From Camelus dromedarius (Eukaryota), in NCBI RefSeq assembly GCF_036321535.1, contig NC_087437.1, forward strand, positions 90,894,001 to 90,958,000: 64,000 nucleotides of DNA, given 5' to 3'. Below, piece after piece: positions 24,156-36,589 of the stretch. Both the position numbers and the translations under genes were made by a program. Position 1 is the stretch's first letter. Every line of letters begins with the position of its first letter. The notes under the pieces were generated by a model that ran no database searches, was not told the DNA's origin, and saw only the letters and a program-made list of their open reading frames with translations.

Positions 24156-26249
24156 GACTTTCCATTCAATCGGCTTTATATAATACATGTTGCATTCCAT
24201 TCCAAGGCATAGAACAAATATAAGAGCTCAGAAATTCTCAAATCTTTTGTATTACATGTGTCATTTGAGTTTATATAAAACATTGCCATATTTAATTTTT
24301 GTAAGTACGGTTATTGAGTATATAGTACTTTCCTTTTCATTGCATGTGCATTTTATCTATCTTGCTGAATTTCTGGAGATTCTACTGAATTATATTTTTT
24401 TCCTTTTGCACCTTCATTTAGGTTGCAATAAATTCTATGTTATATATGTTTCATATTTTAATTATTTTAAATTAAAATACCAACTGATAAACTAGTCTTT
24501 TTTGACAAACTTTTGGAATAGCACATGATTTTCTTCCTCAAAGTAATTAATATATTTTAAGCTTGAAAATACACTTTCTAAAAATTAACAATTAAAAATG
24601 ACTTTTGAAATCGTGAGGAAAGTACAACATAAGCATTTTTGACATACTAGAAAAGTGAAATAAGAAAATCTCTATCATAATCACAAAAGTTAGTACATTA
24701 ATTTACAACCAAGTAATTCTTTGTCATGTCATAGATAACTTGATTATTCACTCTTTAGCAACTGGAGTCAGGACATGGTATGGTAAGGTGGTCCTAAAGC
24801 TTACACAGAAACTAGTTAGAAGCAATGCCTAAATGTTGTCAGTATTATAGAAGTAACACAATAAATTGTTTTTAAATGAGAACCTGAGAGCATTTTGGAA
24901 TAGCCACATACTACATGGTAAAGTTCTTAGGAAACTAATACAAGAATAAATGTAAAAGGAAGTGTAATCTAAATAATTGTTTGCACCCTGTTTGGAGACA
25001 TATAAGAGATTAGTGGTTTTCATTAAATTAAGAATTAGTGACTCAAAGAACTAGTGTTTTCTTAAATTCATCTAGCACAGCAATGATAAAAAGAGGAGGC
25101 ATCTGACAGGTTCAAACTTTGTATACAGCAAAGTCTGCTCAGTGATGTGGCAGAAATGGTTTACCAGATTTAATCAGGGCATATTTGAAATACTTTTCAG
25201 TACTATCCTTCCTCTATGTACCCTGGAATATTCTGTTTATTAATCAGATCCGAAGTGACTAAGCCCGTAAAAATACTTACATGGCAGATAACAATAATTC
25301 TAGACACTAGGAATGTACACATTTTATTATAAATTAATAAATATGCATTTTGATGAAATGAATAGCTACCATTTAACAACTTAACCATGGACCAAACCCC
25401 ATAGTATGTTTAAACATTGCCTTATCAAAATATCAGAACAAATTTATGAAGCCCAGTTATTGAAGTGAAATGAACCTTAAAGAGGTATAGAAACTTGCTT
25501 ATGATCAAACTGTTAACTCTCTGAAGGACACAGGGTACTTGATCATTTGTTATATTAGGTTATTATAATAAACAGTATAATGAAGCTTATTTCATACTTG
25601 CTTAAAGTATAATGTTGAAAGGAGTCTTTACAATATTGCAAAATATCATCTTTTAGGTCCTATAAGAGAGATTTCTCCTGCTTTAGCTCCAAAGATTGTC
25701 TCTTCTGAATGAATTAAATGACTTGCTTTTTATTCTTTGAACTTTGAATCACTAATTTTATTGTGTTTCAGAGCCACATTTGTGAGATACATTTTTGTTG
25801 GCAAAGTTGCACTTCTCATTTTGGTGGAATGTGTTTGAAAACATTGTATTATTCATTCTCTATTACTGTTGGTTCAAATATTTATACATTGTTGCCTTTC
25901 TAGCAAATTCTATTTCACTAAATTAGGAGATGCTTAGTCTACAGTAGAACTGGATCAGCACCACCCCACATTAAGTCAGGATAGAATCTAGCTGTCCAGA
26001 ATGAGAAACCTGCTGTGCAACTCAAAGCTGTCATTTAGGTCAGCTCGACCTATCATTCATTCTAGCATCTGTGTTTCATAACTAATTAGGAGTGATACTT
26101 GTGATACTGTACATGCCACAGCCATTTCTGATGTCTTTCTCTTCTTTATGTCATACTGTTTGTTGTTGAAATACATTATGGTGTAATACTTTGAAAACCC
26201 TGATACACTCAATGGCCGTCTCTGAATGAGAACATCTGTCAAAGAGGAG

Positions 26250-26410
26250 GCTATTTGTTGAATTGTGTCCTCCTAAATTCTTGTTTACCTGGGACCTCAG
26301 ATAGCAACCTTGTTTAGAAATGTTACTTGCAGATGTGCTTAAGTTCAGATGATGTTATATTGGATTAGAGTGAGCTCTGAATCCAGTGACTGATGTCCTT
26401 ATAAGAAGAG
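26250..26410 (+). mobile_element. MaLR (MLT1B/C-like) LTR 5' fragment
   Basis: GTTGAATTGTGTCCTCC...TTGCAGATGT...TGGATTAG...TCCAGTGACTGATGTCCTTATAAGAAGAG. Confidence 0.8.
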
Positions 26411-28052
26411 TATAAATGTAACTATTACTAAAACTATCCATATCTCATTCTACCTATAGGGTATTCTAGTGAAAAAGCCAAATGATAAGCAGAATGTATT
26501 TTAAAAAAACATGAGTGGAGAACATGGGTGCTACAGAACTAATAAAATGTTTGATTGAATGACACTATGATGGGCAGCCAAATCCATTCCACAAGAGAAA
26601 GAGCCTTGTGATTAACAAAAGAACATTGAAAGACTATTTGTTTTGAAATTCCCTTTCTATGGATGATGCTAGAACAGAGAATACTAACTTCTGAACTTTT
26701 GACTCAGTGATTTTTTTGTTCTAAGCTTGTATATCTGACCAAACCTATATTCTCACTGACACATTCTTTTTTGGAACGTTAATACATTTGGCGAGTAAAA
26801 TTCTATTCTTAGAAGTCAAGAAATATTGTAAGCAATCTAGAAGATCTTCATGCTGATTCATTATGCTGGTTCTAATGTTTAGTATAATAGGGACAAATTA
26901 TTCTCCTAATTTCTCAGGATTTGAGTATGCCTCACAATATTCTTAAAAGAATGACAGTATAGTCACCTTACAGAAATGTATATTATAATTGAAATGATAG
27001 AGAATCAAGAATTATGTAGCCTTAATTTCTAGATAAAACTAGCTCTAGGACCTCTGTGATTCTAAAATAACAATAATAATAATAGTCTTGTTTCCATTTT
27101 GTTCAAAGATCCAAAAATAATTTCCTGTTTACCTTTCCCTTTCAGTTAAAGTTTAATCAGTATATCAGTCACTGTGCTCACCGATGTTTTAAAAACTTGA
27201 AGGCTGACCACTTTTCACTTTTGAAAATTTGCTATAATGATAGCAAATTTGAGCTAGTGGTGGCTTCATACATTTACATTCAGAGAAGAGGAAAAGACTT
27301 TTGAGTTAGGAGAATGATGATCTATTACTGACAAACACAGAGATGTACAGCTTTGATTTCTGCCATCAGAGATGCCTACAACTTTCTACTAAATGGCTTT
27401 GTGTTCAATACACATTTGCTGAGGTGAGCTGTGCTATAATTAGAGCTATCACTAAATCATTATCACATTAGACCACTTTCTAGGGCACTATCTAAACCCT
27501 GTAGGGCAATTCCACCTCTCCTCTCCTGGTGGAGATCCACCATAATTCCCTGCAAGCTGGTGCTGTTCAGCTCCTACTTGAAAACACTCTGAAAACACTC
27601 TCTGATAGAGGGAAAATTGGATACTTGAATGTGGGGGTGCTTCCTGATCAGGAAAGAGAGAAACAAAAAAACCTTTAAAGAAACTTGAAGCAGGTTGAGC
27701 AGTCTCTCATTACTCAGTAAGGAGGGCACATATGAGGAGATAAGAGAGAAAGAGAGGTTGATTTTAAGTAATTTGGGAAATAAAGTGTGAGAGTAGAGGA
27801 TTTGAGTATTTTAGAGTGGGAAAAGTCCAATACCTGATGATTGAAAAGCTAAAAAAAATTTAAAAGAATTCGCTACTAGATTAGGCTTTTGTCTCCAAAA
27901 GAAAGAAAAGTAAACTACAGTACTAGCTGGCCTGGTTTTACTTTTCTAGCACCTCCTTCATGTACTACATATTTCCACAATTAGAATGTACTCCTCTCAT
28001 TTTTTCATTTTTCAATCTGGCCTTCCCCACTTTCAACCAAATTCTCAAACTT

Positions 28053-28127
28053 CTAGACCTATATCCTCAAACTTCTATCTTAAAGACCTATATCCTTAAA
28101 CTCCTATCCTTAAACTCCTATATTTAA
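28053..28127 (+). repeat. Short degenerate tandem repeat
   Basis: Repeated CTATATCCT(C/T)AAACT(T/C)CTAT units. Confidence 0.7.
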
Positions 28128-28259
28128 GATAAGAGCTATAAATCAGAATATAGTTGCCAGAATAACTAAAGTGAAGGGCTCAGGGTTTGATAAATACAAG
28201 CATGATATGAAGTATTTAAGGTTGCATAATACTGTGTAAATAAGATTGTACGGGATTGA

Positions 28260-28400
28260 GAAAAAATAGTTTGAAACCCAGTATCACAACCTAATAGCTC
28301 CTATGATTCTTAGTTTTCTTACATGTAAATTAAAGATATTAATACTAGCCCTTTCTGCTTCAAAGGAGTACTGTAAGGTACAAATGATCAAGATAAGAGA
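28260..28400 (+). mobile_element. MIR fragment
   Basis: GTTTGAAACCCAG...TTAGTTTTCTTACATGTAAATT...TGTAAGGTACAAATGA. Confidence 0.55.
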
Positions 28401-30829
28401 AGCTTTCTAAAGTTCAATATTAGTATACAAAGATAAGGTACTGTCCTGGTGAGGTGGACAGTGAAATTATGTCTACTGCTAAGATAAACTTTGTAAACAG
28501 GATATAAAACACAGAGATATTGATTTAACATAGAATATGTGTTATGTACAACACATTTAGTTAAGCATTTTTGGCTTGTTTTCACCTTTACGGTGTGGAG
28601 CTCATCTCTGTTAAGCCCTGCTGACATTTTCAATATTTTACCCTAGGAAACTGCAGCATCCTTGCTGAATGGTCGCTATCCTCTGTGTACAGATGTTGAC
28701 TCATCTGGAGTGAATGCACTATAAGAAGGAGAATTGGGATTTTAATTTACTAAGTAGGGAGGCAAATTATGTAATTAGCTGATAAGCAGTTAAGCAGAAA
28801 AGTAACAGAAGTAATCTTGTAGGGAACACACTGGAATCACATAAGATTTACAAATATTTCTGTGGCACAATTTCTGAAGTTAAGAAAATTATACTGTGCA
28901 TAGACTTACTGAATGATATTCCATGAGAAATGAAGAACACTGAAACCTAAAGTTTTGCTTTGTTTTTTTTAAGATTTTATCTTTTTTTTTTTTTTTTTTT
29001 TTTGGAATCTACTTTGTTTTTATTTAAACAGTTTATCTTCTTTCTGTAAGGAGATTTCTCTTGGAGGTAAAACTGGACGTTTTTTCTATAACAAAAATAA
29101 TTGTATAAAAGTAAAAGCACCTCTTCATAGGCCAGAATTTACAGAGAGAGGAAAGATTATTTTGTGAGAGTTTTATAATAAATTGAGTGGAAGCTAGCAT
29201 AAGCTATGGGGAAATCATCTCTTAAAAAATGTGGCCCCAGAACTAGTTTTGGGTAACACGGTACCTGTGTGGAAAAGCAATTGGTAAACCCTAGTGGTTT
29301 AAATTTTTATATTCAGTATTTGCATGGGCCAGAAGTTTTAATTTTAATGTCCAGAGAGATATAGAAAATTAGTGTGCCAGTGAGATTACATACAGTGAAA
29401 TATTATCACAAATTCATGCTTAATTGTCCTTAAAAAATAATGTGCCTAGTTTTAGAAATGTCCAACATTTTAATATTCTCACTATAATGGAATTCATTTT
29501 GATTATACTTGAAAAATTCAGGGTGGGTATTTATGCTTTCTTTTAAGTGCATCCTTGGTGGTGTTGGCCTTTTAATATTATTGGCTTGAATTGCTCCAAC
29601 ATTAATGACTATGTGCAATGTGATAGAGAGTAGTTAGACATTTAACAGAGGAACTATCTGTAACTCAGAATTCAAACCATTGGTTCCTAGAGAATCACTG
29701 AAGGCTCTGCAAAGATTTGGAAGGAGACTCCTGTGCTCATTCTGATGTTATTTTTATTTAGCTCTACCTTACTCCCAGAGATCAGAAAATGATGAGAAAT
29801 GCAATTGCTTTGGAGCTCAGTGTCACAGAATTCTGACCCTGAAAGCTAAGGGCTCAAGTTCTAATGAATGTGTGTGTCTCTGTGTGTTTTATTAGCATTA
29901 TTTAGGACAGTGGATATTTCCTAAATGGATTACAATGTTAGTGCAGGAAACTCATGATGGTGATTAATTTTGATTTTATACAGCAGATGTTTGCTCAGTA
30001 CCAAATAAACCTGTTCAGTTTACCCCATGTCTTAATGTACCCTATCTATTATTTACATGTGAGCACATGCACCACTGAGAAAAGGAATAGCAAGGGCATG
30101 GCAGGGGTATATCAAGACATCTGGTGAGGTGATTGCTTACAAAATCAAAATTCTTGGCTGCAACTCAAGGTTGAAAATAATTTAGAAACAAGACCATCTC
30201 TGTGTCTTCTGTCTTCAGCGCCTTGCACTTAAGATTTTAGTAAAAGCTCTCTGGTTATCAGTGGAGTGATAATATATTTTTTGATAAAACAACATTAGGA
30301 AAATGTGGGAGAATAAAGTTAGTATTTATTTTCTTATTCTAAATATTCTCATTATAATTAGCAGGCATAACTCACCAAACAATTGGTAGCGTTTGTACAT
30401 AAAGTAAGTTCTTCATAAATTTGGTAATACATTCAAACTACTTAGTGCAAAGTGTTTAGTGGGTTTTCTTCTACTTTTATGGTAATTATAATACGGGTAT
30501 AACCTAGTTCATGTGAGCAATAGAATCTAGAGTTTACACGTCAGAAACTGCAGATAAGTAGAAATATCAGCAAAATGAGTTACTTTAACAACAACAAAAA
30601 ACCCTGAGAGAATTATAAGAGAAGGGTAATAAAAAAGTAGTATGTTTCCCTTAATTATTTCTAATTTTTTTTCTTCCAGTTGCTAACTATTTCTTTCGCC
30701 TGATAGAATTGTCTCAGAATTCCTTTAAGTCCAGGCCAAAATATCTCTTTTCATCCTAGTCAAAACAGATGCACAAACAGAGAAAAAAACATATTAAGCT
30801 TTTCTATTTCTTTAACAATTGACTTCTAA

Positions 30830-30925
30830 TAACAAATTTGGAGCCTAATACATAGAGAATCTTGTGCTAGGTACTATGATGGGTGCAAAGACCCTGTCCT
30901 TATCTCTTGGAGAGTATAATGCAAA
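30830..30925 (-). mobile_element. L2 3'-end fragment
   Basis: GAGCCTAATA...TGTGCTAGGTACTATG...AAGACCCTGTCCTTATCTCTTGGAG. Confidence 0.45.
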
Positions 30926-32412
30926 CATGAGAATTCAAGTATGATGCAGACCATGCTGTCTACAAAAAGGAAGTTATTGATGCCAAGCAAGGAGCTGTTC
31001 CTTTGATAACAAACAACAGAAAATTGAAGAAAATAATTTATAGAATTTAAATTTGGGTGAGAAGGAGGAACAAATAGTGCTCATATATCAAGCACTGCTT
31101 GGAGAAGGCAGTCCTGGTTTAATGGGTGTGGCACTGCATGAACCTACCTTGTATGTATCCTAGGTCTTGGGTATCCAGAATATGGTAAGTTGGATCAACT
31201 AAAGATAGCCAGAATAGAAATGAAGAAAAAAAAATACTACAAGGCCCTCTAGATCTACCAGTTAAAAAGTTTGTCCCAGATGAATTATGTTATTAGAAGT
31301 CTCCTGTAATTTAATCTTCACTTCGAAGTTTGCTGCTTTGAATTATGAATTACCAAAGTAGTCAATCCTGATGGCAAAATTTAGGGGAAAATTATACATT
31401 TTTCATTGTCAAGTGTCACTGTATTCTCCAGACATTTATTTTTCTCAAAAAGTATTAGATCCTACAACAAGTTTTAGGAGACTTTCTACCTGTATGTCGT
31501 AACTCTAGTGTAAAAGCATACACATATATCTTTAATTTATGATTTGAGAATGCTTTTTGATTAGGAAGGTTAAGACTGCACCTGACTTTTCAATTTGTTT
31601 TGAGTCAACCAGAAACTTAATTCAATCAGAATATGTAAATATTACATCATCTCAGAGCAAAGTTTTATTAGTTTATCTAGAATACGAATGCAATACAATA
31701 TGTCTTAGTTTAATCTAGCCTTTCTAACAGCATGACAATTATTTAATATATGGTATTTTGAATACTTTAAGTTAAAAATTATATTTGGTTTGTGGGTGGT
31801 TGCGACTGTTTATTTTACTGAAATTCATCATGCAAACACTTCTGAGCTTTTATAATTAATCCTACAAAGACCAGTCTTGATTGTGACATGCAAATTTGTA
31901 AAACATGTTTCAACATGATATAGGTTATAAAAAGTTTTTTTTTTTTATCACCAAAATACCTAGCTAATGGCAGCTATGGGTCTTGCAGAAGTAAATCAGT
32001 GTAGCACTGCTGAGGCATTTTATGTTCTGTGCTGTGACTTTTTATCTCCCAAAATAGAAGGAGCTTCAGTGCATATCTAGTCTGGTGGTAGTGACTCCAG
32101 AAAGGCTCTGCTTGTGAAATTGATGGAGATGTACTGTCAATAGTATTTCCACTGAAATTCAGAGCATGGACAGGAATCACCAATACACTACATATCTTTC
32201 CTTATATGGCAACTGCCATTCCATTACGTTTGAAATTCTGATTTTAATAATTCTCTTACTTTTCATGAGAGTGATGATTCACATTGTTTTGTTATTTGCT
32301 GTGCTGCTTAATCAAAAAAAAAAAACCTTTAGATTTGCATCATGAAACATTTAAATATTTTAATTAAAAAATACCTATATTGAAGGCTTTTGGTTTCTAT
32401 TCCACATGTAAG

Positions 32413-32464
32413 GAGATTCGAAGTTGATGTTCCATCTTGAGATTCGAAGTTGATGTTACATCTT
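32413..32464 (+). repeat. 26-bp tandem duplication, 1 mismatch
   Basis: GAGATTCGAAGTTGATGTT(C/A)CATCTT x2. Confidence 0.95.
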
Positions 32465-33210
32465 AACAACAAGTAGAAAGCTGAACAGACTAAAAAATCA
32501 ACAATTCTTTTAGGATCTCTAGAGAGATAAGGACCCAAGGCAAACTATGACCCCACAACATTGGAGAGAAACTCAGATGAATATAGAGATTCATGGCTTA
32601 CTAAAGTGGAGACTCACTAGCTCAAATATGGAAACCAGTGCCAGACAGGGTAGGAAAACCTGAACTGTAATTGGTAAATTATTGGAGGCTCAGTGTGACA
32701 ATTCTGGAAAAAAAAAAAAAAAAAAAAAACCTACAGGGAAACTCTGTCATAGGGGGCCTCACAGTTTTGTGAGATTTTCCTCTAAGAGCTTGGCCAGACT
32801 CTGAGAATAATTCCCTCATGATTCTGGCAGGAAGATGAGAAAGAACCATTTTGAATACCCCAGAGTACTCTGTTCTTAATAAAGCTGGCTTTCAGGGGAA
32901 ACTAGTTAACCAGACCCTAATATGCTAGGGTATTATCAGAGACTAACTTACTGGAGGAAGGGAAGTACCAAACTCCAGCCCTTTCTAACAATCCTCTCTC
33001 ATTAACCAGTGAGAAAAAACTGAGAAATTTTTGTGAAGTTCACAGTTCAGAGGCATAGGTTCCCTAAAAGACTGAGTTCTAATTGCAGGACTATAGAATG
33101 CTTCCCTTCTCCACAACATGGTACCACCACATTACTAAAGGACAATTTACAGCAATTTACTGGTACATCATGTCCAGCTATCAATAAAAATTTACAAGGC
33201 ATACCAAGAG

Positions 33211-33248
<38 letters not shown>

Positions 33249-35315
33249 AATTTTAGAAGACAAACATGGCACGGATATTGGAATTGTTGGAATTGTCAGT
33301 CCAGGAATTTAAAATAACTAGAATTAATATGCTAATGGCTCTAATGGATAAAGTAGATAGCATGCAAGAACAAATGGACAGTGTAAGCAGAACGTGGGAA
33401 TTTTAAGAAAGAATCAGAAGAAATATTAGGGAAATAATCACTGTAGCAGAAATGAAGAACACCTTTGATAGGCTTATTAGTGGGCTGGGCACAGCTGAGG
33501 AAAGAATCTCTAAGCTTGAGAATATCTCAATAGAAATTTCCAAAACTGAAAAGTAAACAGGACAAATAATGAAAAAGACAAAACAGGATATCAGAAGTCT
33601 TTGGGACAACTACAAAAGGTGTGGTGTGTGTTGAACAAGAATATCAGAATGACAGAAAGGAACAGAAGAAATATTTTTTAAAAATAGTGACTGGGAATTT
33701 TCCCAAATTAATATCAGAAACAAGCCACAGATCCAGAAAACTCAGAAAATACCAACCAGGGTAAATGCCAAAGCAAACAAAACAAAACAAAAAAAGAAAA
33801 CTTAGGCATATTATTTTCAAATAACAGAAAATTGAATATGAAAAAAATTGCTGAAAGAAGCCAGAGATGTAAAAAACACTATATTTTAAGAGGAACAAAT
33901 ACAAGAATTACATCTGATTTCCCCTGAGAAACTGTACAAGTAAGAAGATAGTAAAGTTTATATTTAAAGTGTTGACAGAAACCAACAAATAAACCTAGAA
34001 TTCTCTACTTTGAAAAATTACCCATCAAAAATGAGGGAGAAATAAATATTTTTCAGACAAACATAAATTAGGGGATTTTTTTTTTTTCGCCAATAGGCAT
34101 GTCTTTAAGAAACACTGAAAGAAGTTCTTTAGGGAGAAGGAAAATAATATAGGCCAGACACTTGGATCTATGTAAAGTAAGGAGGAGCACTAAAGAAGGA
34201 ATAAGTGTAGATAAAATAAAAACTTTTATTTTTTTATATGTGTAAGGTACATAAGCATATGTAATGAAGATACAGTATTGCTGATATATGCTTATGAATG
34301 CTTATATATAAGTGAAATGAATGAAGCAGTGACACAAAGGATCAATCAATCAACAGGATATAATGGACATCTACAGACCACTTCATCCAACAAGAGCAAA
34401 CTTTACATTCTTCTCAAGCTCACATGGAAAATTCACCAAAACAGACTACAAACTGAGCCATGAAACATGCCTTAATGAATTTAAAAAATAGAAATCATGC
34501 AATATCCCTCTCAGACCACAATGAAATTAAATTAGAAATCAGTACAGAAAGATAACTAACTAGAAAAAAACTAAACCCATAGAGATTAAAAGTCTTCTAA
34601 ATAACACATGTCAAAGAAGAAATTTTAAGTAAAATTAAAAGTTAGTTTGAATAAAAAGAAAATTAAATATATATTTGCAAAATTTGTGGGATGAAGCAAA
34701 AGCAGTAGTTAGAAATCTATGGCACTGAACATACATATTGGAAAAGAGGAAGATCTAAAATCAATAATCTAAGTTTCCTCCTTAGGAAACTAGAAAAACA
34801 AAAGCAAATTAAATTCAAAGTAAGTAGAAGGAAAGGAATAATAAGAATAAGAGCAGAAATCAATGCAACTGTAAAACAGGAAATTAAGAATTAACAAAAC
34901 TCAAAGCTGCTTCTTTGCAAAGATCAATAAAATGGCTGTGTCTAGCCAGGCTAACTAGGGGAAAAAAAAAAAGAAGAAATGAAAGAAGGGGCATAGTTAT
35001 ATTCCCACGGACATTAAAAGTAAAAGGACAATAGCAACTCTAAACAACTGTGTCCTACAAATGTAATAATCTTGTTGAAGTGGACTGATTTCGTGAAATA
35101 CCTAAGCTGCCAAAACTCACACAAGAAGAAATAGACAATGTGAATAGGTCTATAACTATTGAAGAAATTGAAACAATAATTAATAACCTCCAACAGAAAG
35201 CACCAGGCCGGCCAGACTGGTTCACTGGTGAATTCTTCAAACATTTAAGGAAGAAGTATACCAGTTCTTTTGTATAATCTCTTTCAGAGGAGAGAAGCTG
35301 AGAGACTACCTTCTT

Positions 35316-35388
35316 TCTTTCTTTCTTTCTCTCTCTCTCCCTTTCTTTCTCTTTCTTTCTTTCTTTCTTTCTTTCCTTTCTTTCTTTC

Positions 35389-35419
<31 letters not shown>

Positions 35420-35463
35420 TTCCTTCCTTCCTTCTTCCTTCCTTCCTTCCTTCCTTCCTTTCT

Positions 35464-35535
<72 letters not shown>

Positions 35536-35721
35536 TCCTTCTTTCTTTCCTTCTTTCTTTCCTTCTTTCTTTCCCTTCCTTTCTCTCTTTCCCTTCCTTT
35601 CTTTCTCTTTCCCTTCCTTCCTCCCTTCCTTCCTCCCTCCCTTCCTCCCTTCCTTCCTCCCTCCCTTCCTTTCTTTCTTTCCCTTCCTTCCTTCCTTCCT
35701 TCCTTCCTTCCTTCCTCCTTC

Positions 35722-35753
<32 letters not shown>

Positions 35754-35850
35754 TTTCTTTCTTTCTTTCTTTCCTTCTTTCTTTCTTCTTTCTTCTTTCT
35801 TTCTTTCTTTCTTCTTTCTTTCTTTACAGTCGAGCGCTGCGTTCTTTCTT

Positions 35851-35901
<51 letters not shown>

Positions 35902-35933
35902 CTCTCTCTTTCTTTTCTTTCTTTCTTTCCCCC
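35316..35933. repeat. Compound (TTTC)n/(TTCC)n/(TC)n polypyrimidine tract, ~620 bp
   Basis: Purine-free except 35826-35841; flanked by the direct repeat GAGAGACTAC(C/T)TTCTT. Confidence 0.97.
35826..35841 (+). other. Probable sequencing barcode contamination (PacBio bc1008-like 16-mer)
   Basis: ACAGTCGAGCGCTGCG: 16 nt, no homopolymers, 3 CpGs, inside a pure pyrimidine tract; identical to bc1008 as I recall it. Confidence 0.8.
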
Positions 35934-36407
35934 AGAGAGACTACTTTCTTACTCATTCAGTGAGACCAGTCATTACTCTAATACTGAAAACAAACAGAGA
36001 CATTACAAGAAAAGAAAACTGCAGATCAATTTCTCTCACAATCTAGATGCAAAAATCCACAGCAAATATTAACAAATTGAATCCAACAATGTATGAAAAT
36101 AATTATACACCATGGCCAAGTGTGATTTATCCTAGATATGCCAGGCTGGTTTAACATTGGAAAATCAATTAAGGTAATTCACTAGATCATCAACAGGCTA
36201 AAATTAAAAAAAAAAAAAATCACATGATCATATCACTAGATGTAAAAAAAGCAAAAGCATTTCATGAAATCCAACACCTACTTATGACAGCAAGTCTCAG
36301 TAAACTAGGAATAGAGGGGAACTTTCTCCACTTGATAAAGACTATCTACAAAAATCTGTAAGTAACATCATATTTACTGGTAGGAAACTTGGAACTTTCC
36401 TATTAAG

Positions 36408-36579
36408 AGCACAGGAAACTGTATTCAGTATCTTGTGATAACCTATAATGGAAAAGAATCTGAAAAAGAATATAAATATATGTATATATAAACTGAATCA
36501 CTTTGCCATACTCCTGAAACATTAGAGAATGCTTAATTTTGTACTTTATGCACAAGGCAACTATACTTCAATTAAAAAA
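36408..36579 (+). mobile_element. 5'-truncated L1 3'UTR end
   Basis: AGCACAGGAAACTGTATTCAGTATCTTGTGATAACCTATAATGGAAAAGAATCTGAAAAAG...CAACTATACTTCAATTAAAAAA. Confidence 0.88.
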
Positions 36580-36589
36580 TCTATTATAA

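Larger units (their letters stand above)
32388..36407 (+). mobile_element. L1MC-like element: 5'UTR, ORF1, partial ORF2; 3' part missing
   Basis: Homologous to 10011-11005 (rc); ORF1 remnant ~33300-34130; ORF2 resumes after a deletion near 34340 (INQQDIMDIYRPLHP); RT motifs [10 protein letters not shown] and AKAFHEIQH. Confidence 0.88.

Noticed and set aside
30660..30790. Splice-acceptor-like TTTTTTTCTTCCAG as an exon start
   Set aside because: No convincing reading frame, donor or partner exons; needs transcript data.
17271..32464. 26-29 bp repeats as CRISPR-like arrays
   Set aside because: Only two adjacent copies each, no spacers, eukaryotic context.
35270..36046. 258-aa (+) and 216-aa (-) ORFs
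   Set aside because: Translations of the microsatellite (FLSF / ERKK repeats); stop-free only because of composition.
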